DNA of 8,177 nt from Tubulanus polymorphus (lineage: Eukaryota; Animalia; Nemertea). Location of the stretch: the NCBI RefSeq assembly GCF_964204645.1, contig NC_134028.1, forward strand, positions 27,371,545-27,379,721. The letters are read 5' to 3'. The notes under the pieces were generated by a model. It saw nothing but the letters and a program-made list of their open reading frames with translations, had not been told where the DNA came from and did not search any database. Positions 6,458 through 8,177 of the stretch are shown here, one piece after another (position 1 is the stretch's first letter; each line of letters opens with the position of its first letter). Position numbers and translations under genes: made by a program.

Positions 6458-8177
6458 GGTTGTTTCAGAGAAAAAAATTCGTTTGTTAGAATTTGAATGA
6501 ACTGAGGATATTTCCGGTTGAACAAAAGATAGAAGCTTTCTAAAACGCATTTCAATTCCCGATGTATCTCTATAGCAACGTTTGTGTCAAAAAATGACAC
6601 CGGAAATAAATTATCAGCGTAAATACAGACGAACAAAAGCATATGTTTCGATAATTCGCCAATTTTCCTCTTGTTTCGGGTTTCCGCCCGCGTCGCTCAA
6701 TAAAACGGGAAGTTTTCTGGATCTGATCTGGATGATATTCGATGACCGTCCTATTTTCGAAATTCGTAAATTCTTAAGTCTATTTTGTCTGCGATCGATT
6801 TTGTTTTTTAGATATTTCTCTCGATCTTTTGAACGCACACCTCAATTTGGTCTTAATATACCACCAGTGAAACTATGCTGTCTGAATAAACCGTCGTCTT
6901 CTATATCAATTCCGCACTGTATTGAAATATCTCTAAAACGTCCTTCTTTTTCGTGTTGAAAGGTGGAAAGATTTTGAGTCATTGTTTGATTTTTAACGAT
7001 ACATTTCCCGCCTACGAATGATATTTGATGATTTGAAAATAATTTTGAACGGCAGGCATGGACAAATATCGTTCAAATTGGTTTAGTTCACCTTGCTATA
7101 ATGTCTGCATGCACTGGTTAATATGATATAGTTTATTGAGAATTCAATATCCAGACTTGAAATCGAATAGTCGTGTTTCTTGAACATAGTCCGATAGACG
7201 AACCGATCGGATCGAAAGATCATCAGGCAGGCAGGATTTTGTTCAACAATTAATGTATATGGGATTCTTTTTGAAATATAGAAATGGAAATTTCCGAATA
7301 TGGATATCGGATATCAAAAAGGCAGCTGATGATTTACAACACTCCAATGCTGACGAGCAAACAAGCTGTGACGTCATGTGCACGGTGTCTTAAGGTCTTA
7401 ATGTTTTCAAGTGACATATGGCCATATTGCCGGTACTAAATACCATGGAACTATAAGCGAATAGTCCCTGAGATGGAGTGGCGTTCTATGTAATATCAGG
7501 TAAAATGGCCCGACCGTCGAAAATACCGCTAAACATTGAACTCCTTCCGTGGCCCTGATCGTGAGAACGCGTGGTAAACCAAAGTTTTTCCTAAAATGGA
7601 ACGCGCCACGGAAAACTGATACACCAATAGATAAATGAATTTTCTTTACCGTCTCTCCGTTGAATTTCCACTCGAATTTCATTCACGATAAATGATTAAT
7701 ACGAACTCAAATTTTCCAGTTTTATTAACCCACGGCAGGCTGGATTAACCGCTAGGAATTTTTTCATACTTGGGAAATTTTCGGCATGATTTATCCGACC
7801 TGATTTATCACTTAATAATAACACCATTGATAAAATACTATATCCGCGTCGAGACGATTCTATTACGAGAATCCCACAATAAGGACGAGAAAATAATAAA
7901 GTTACTTCAGGTATCATTTTTTAAGCCTTATTTTCTTTTCGTTTGTCTGCTATGACATTTCGGATCAATTCATAAAATCCGCTTTGAAAGCCGGTTTCGT
8001 AATGTTGTTTGTGAAGACGCGCGCACGCAATTAAGAATGAACATGTCAGTTCTGAAAAGCGCACGAAAGTACACTTGGGCGGTGTTGAATTCATAAAAAT
8101 GGCATGAAAATGAGAAAAACCCGATAAATACCAATCACGACGCGCACTTCGAATAAGGTATGAAATAGATTTTTAAT

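Noticed and set aside
7369-7401. CRE palindrome TGACGTCA and adjacent GTCTTAAG/GTCTTAA duplication (possible TTAA transposon end)
   Set aside because: A single short motif with no mapped promoter and no partner terminus found.
6582-7955. ORFs 6582-6959, 6614-6838, 7407-7682, 7696-7917 and 7770-7955
   Set aside because: Translations typical of AT-rich non-coding DNA, with no domain signatures or coherent exon structure.

Overview
AT-rich, intron-containing eukaryotic genomic DNA. The gene content and repeat types suggest a marine invertebrate (inference). It is not prokaryotic, and the ORF track mostly shows chance ORFs or exon fragments. The main gene lies on the minus strand as three canonical GT-AG, phase 1-1 exons (4653-4504, 3624-3382, 2919-2680) that splice in frame into about 211 codons. 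These encode an EGF-like module followed by an F-type lectin (fucolectin/FTP, F5/8 type C fold) domain. The 5' exon and the true 3' end could not be fixed. The lectin domain is atypical: it keeps H-x26-R-x-D but has a ~10-residue insertion before the last binding Arg and a rearranged cysteine pattern. The rest is mostly non-autonomous DNA-transposon material: a ~490-bp-arm inverted repeat (1-1652, cut by the window edge), two oppositely oriented copies of a palindrome-rich MITE bracketing the EGF exon, and several old MITEs. There is also a 3 x 51-bp tandem repeat carrying tRNA-like B-boxes. No transposase, CRISPR array or RNA gene is supported, and I see no firm evidence of a wholly new system; the best leads are the remodelled lectin site, the repeat-flanked exon and the B-box array.
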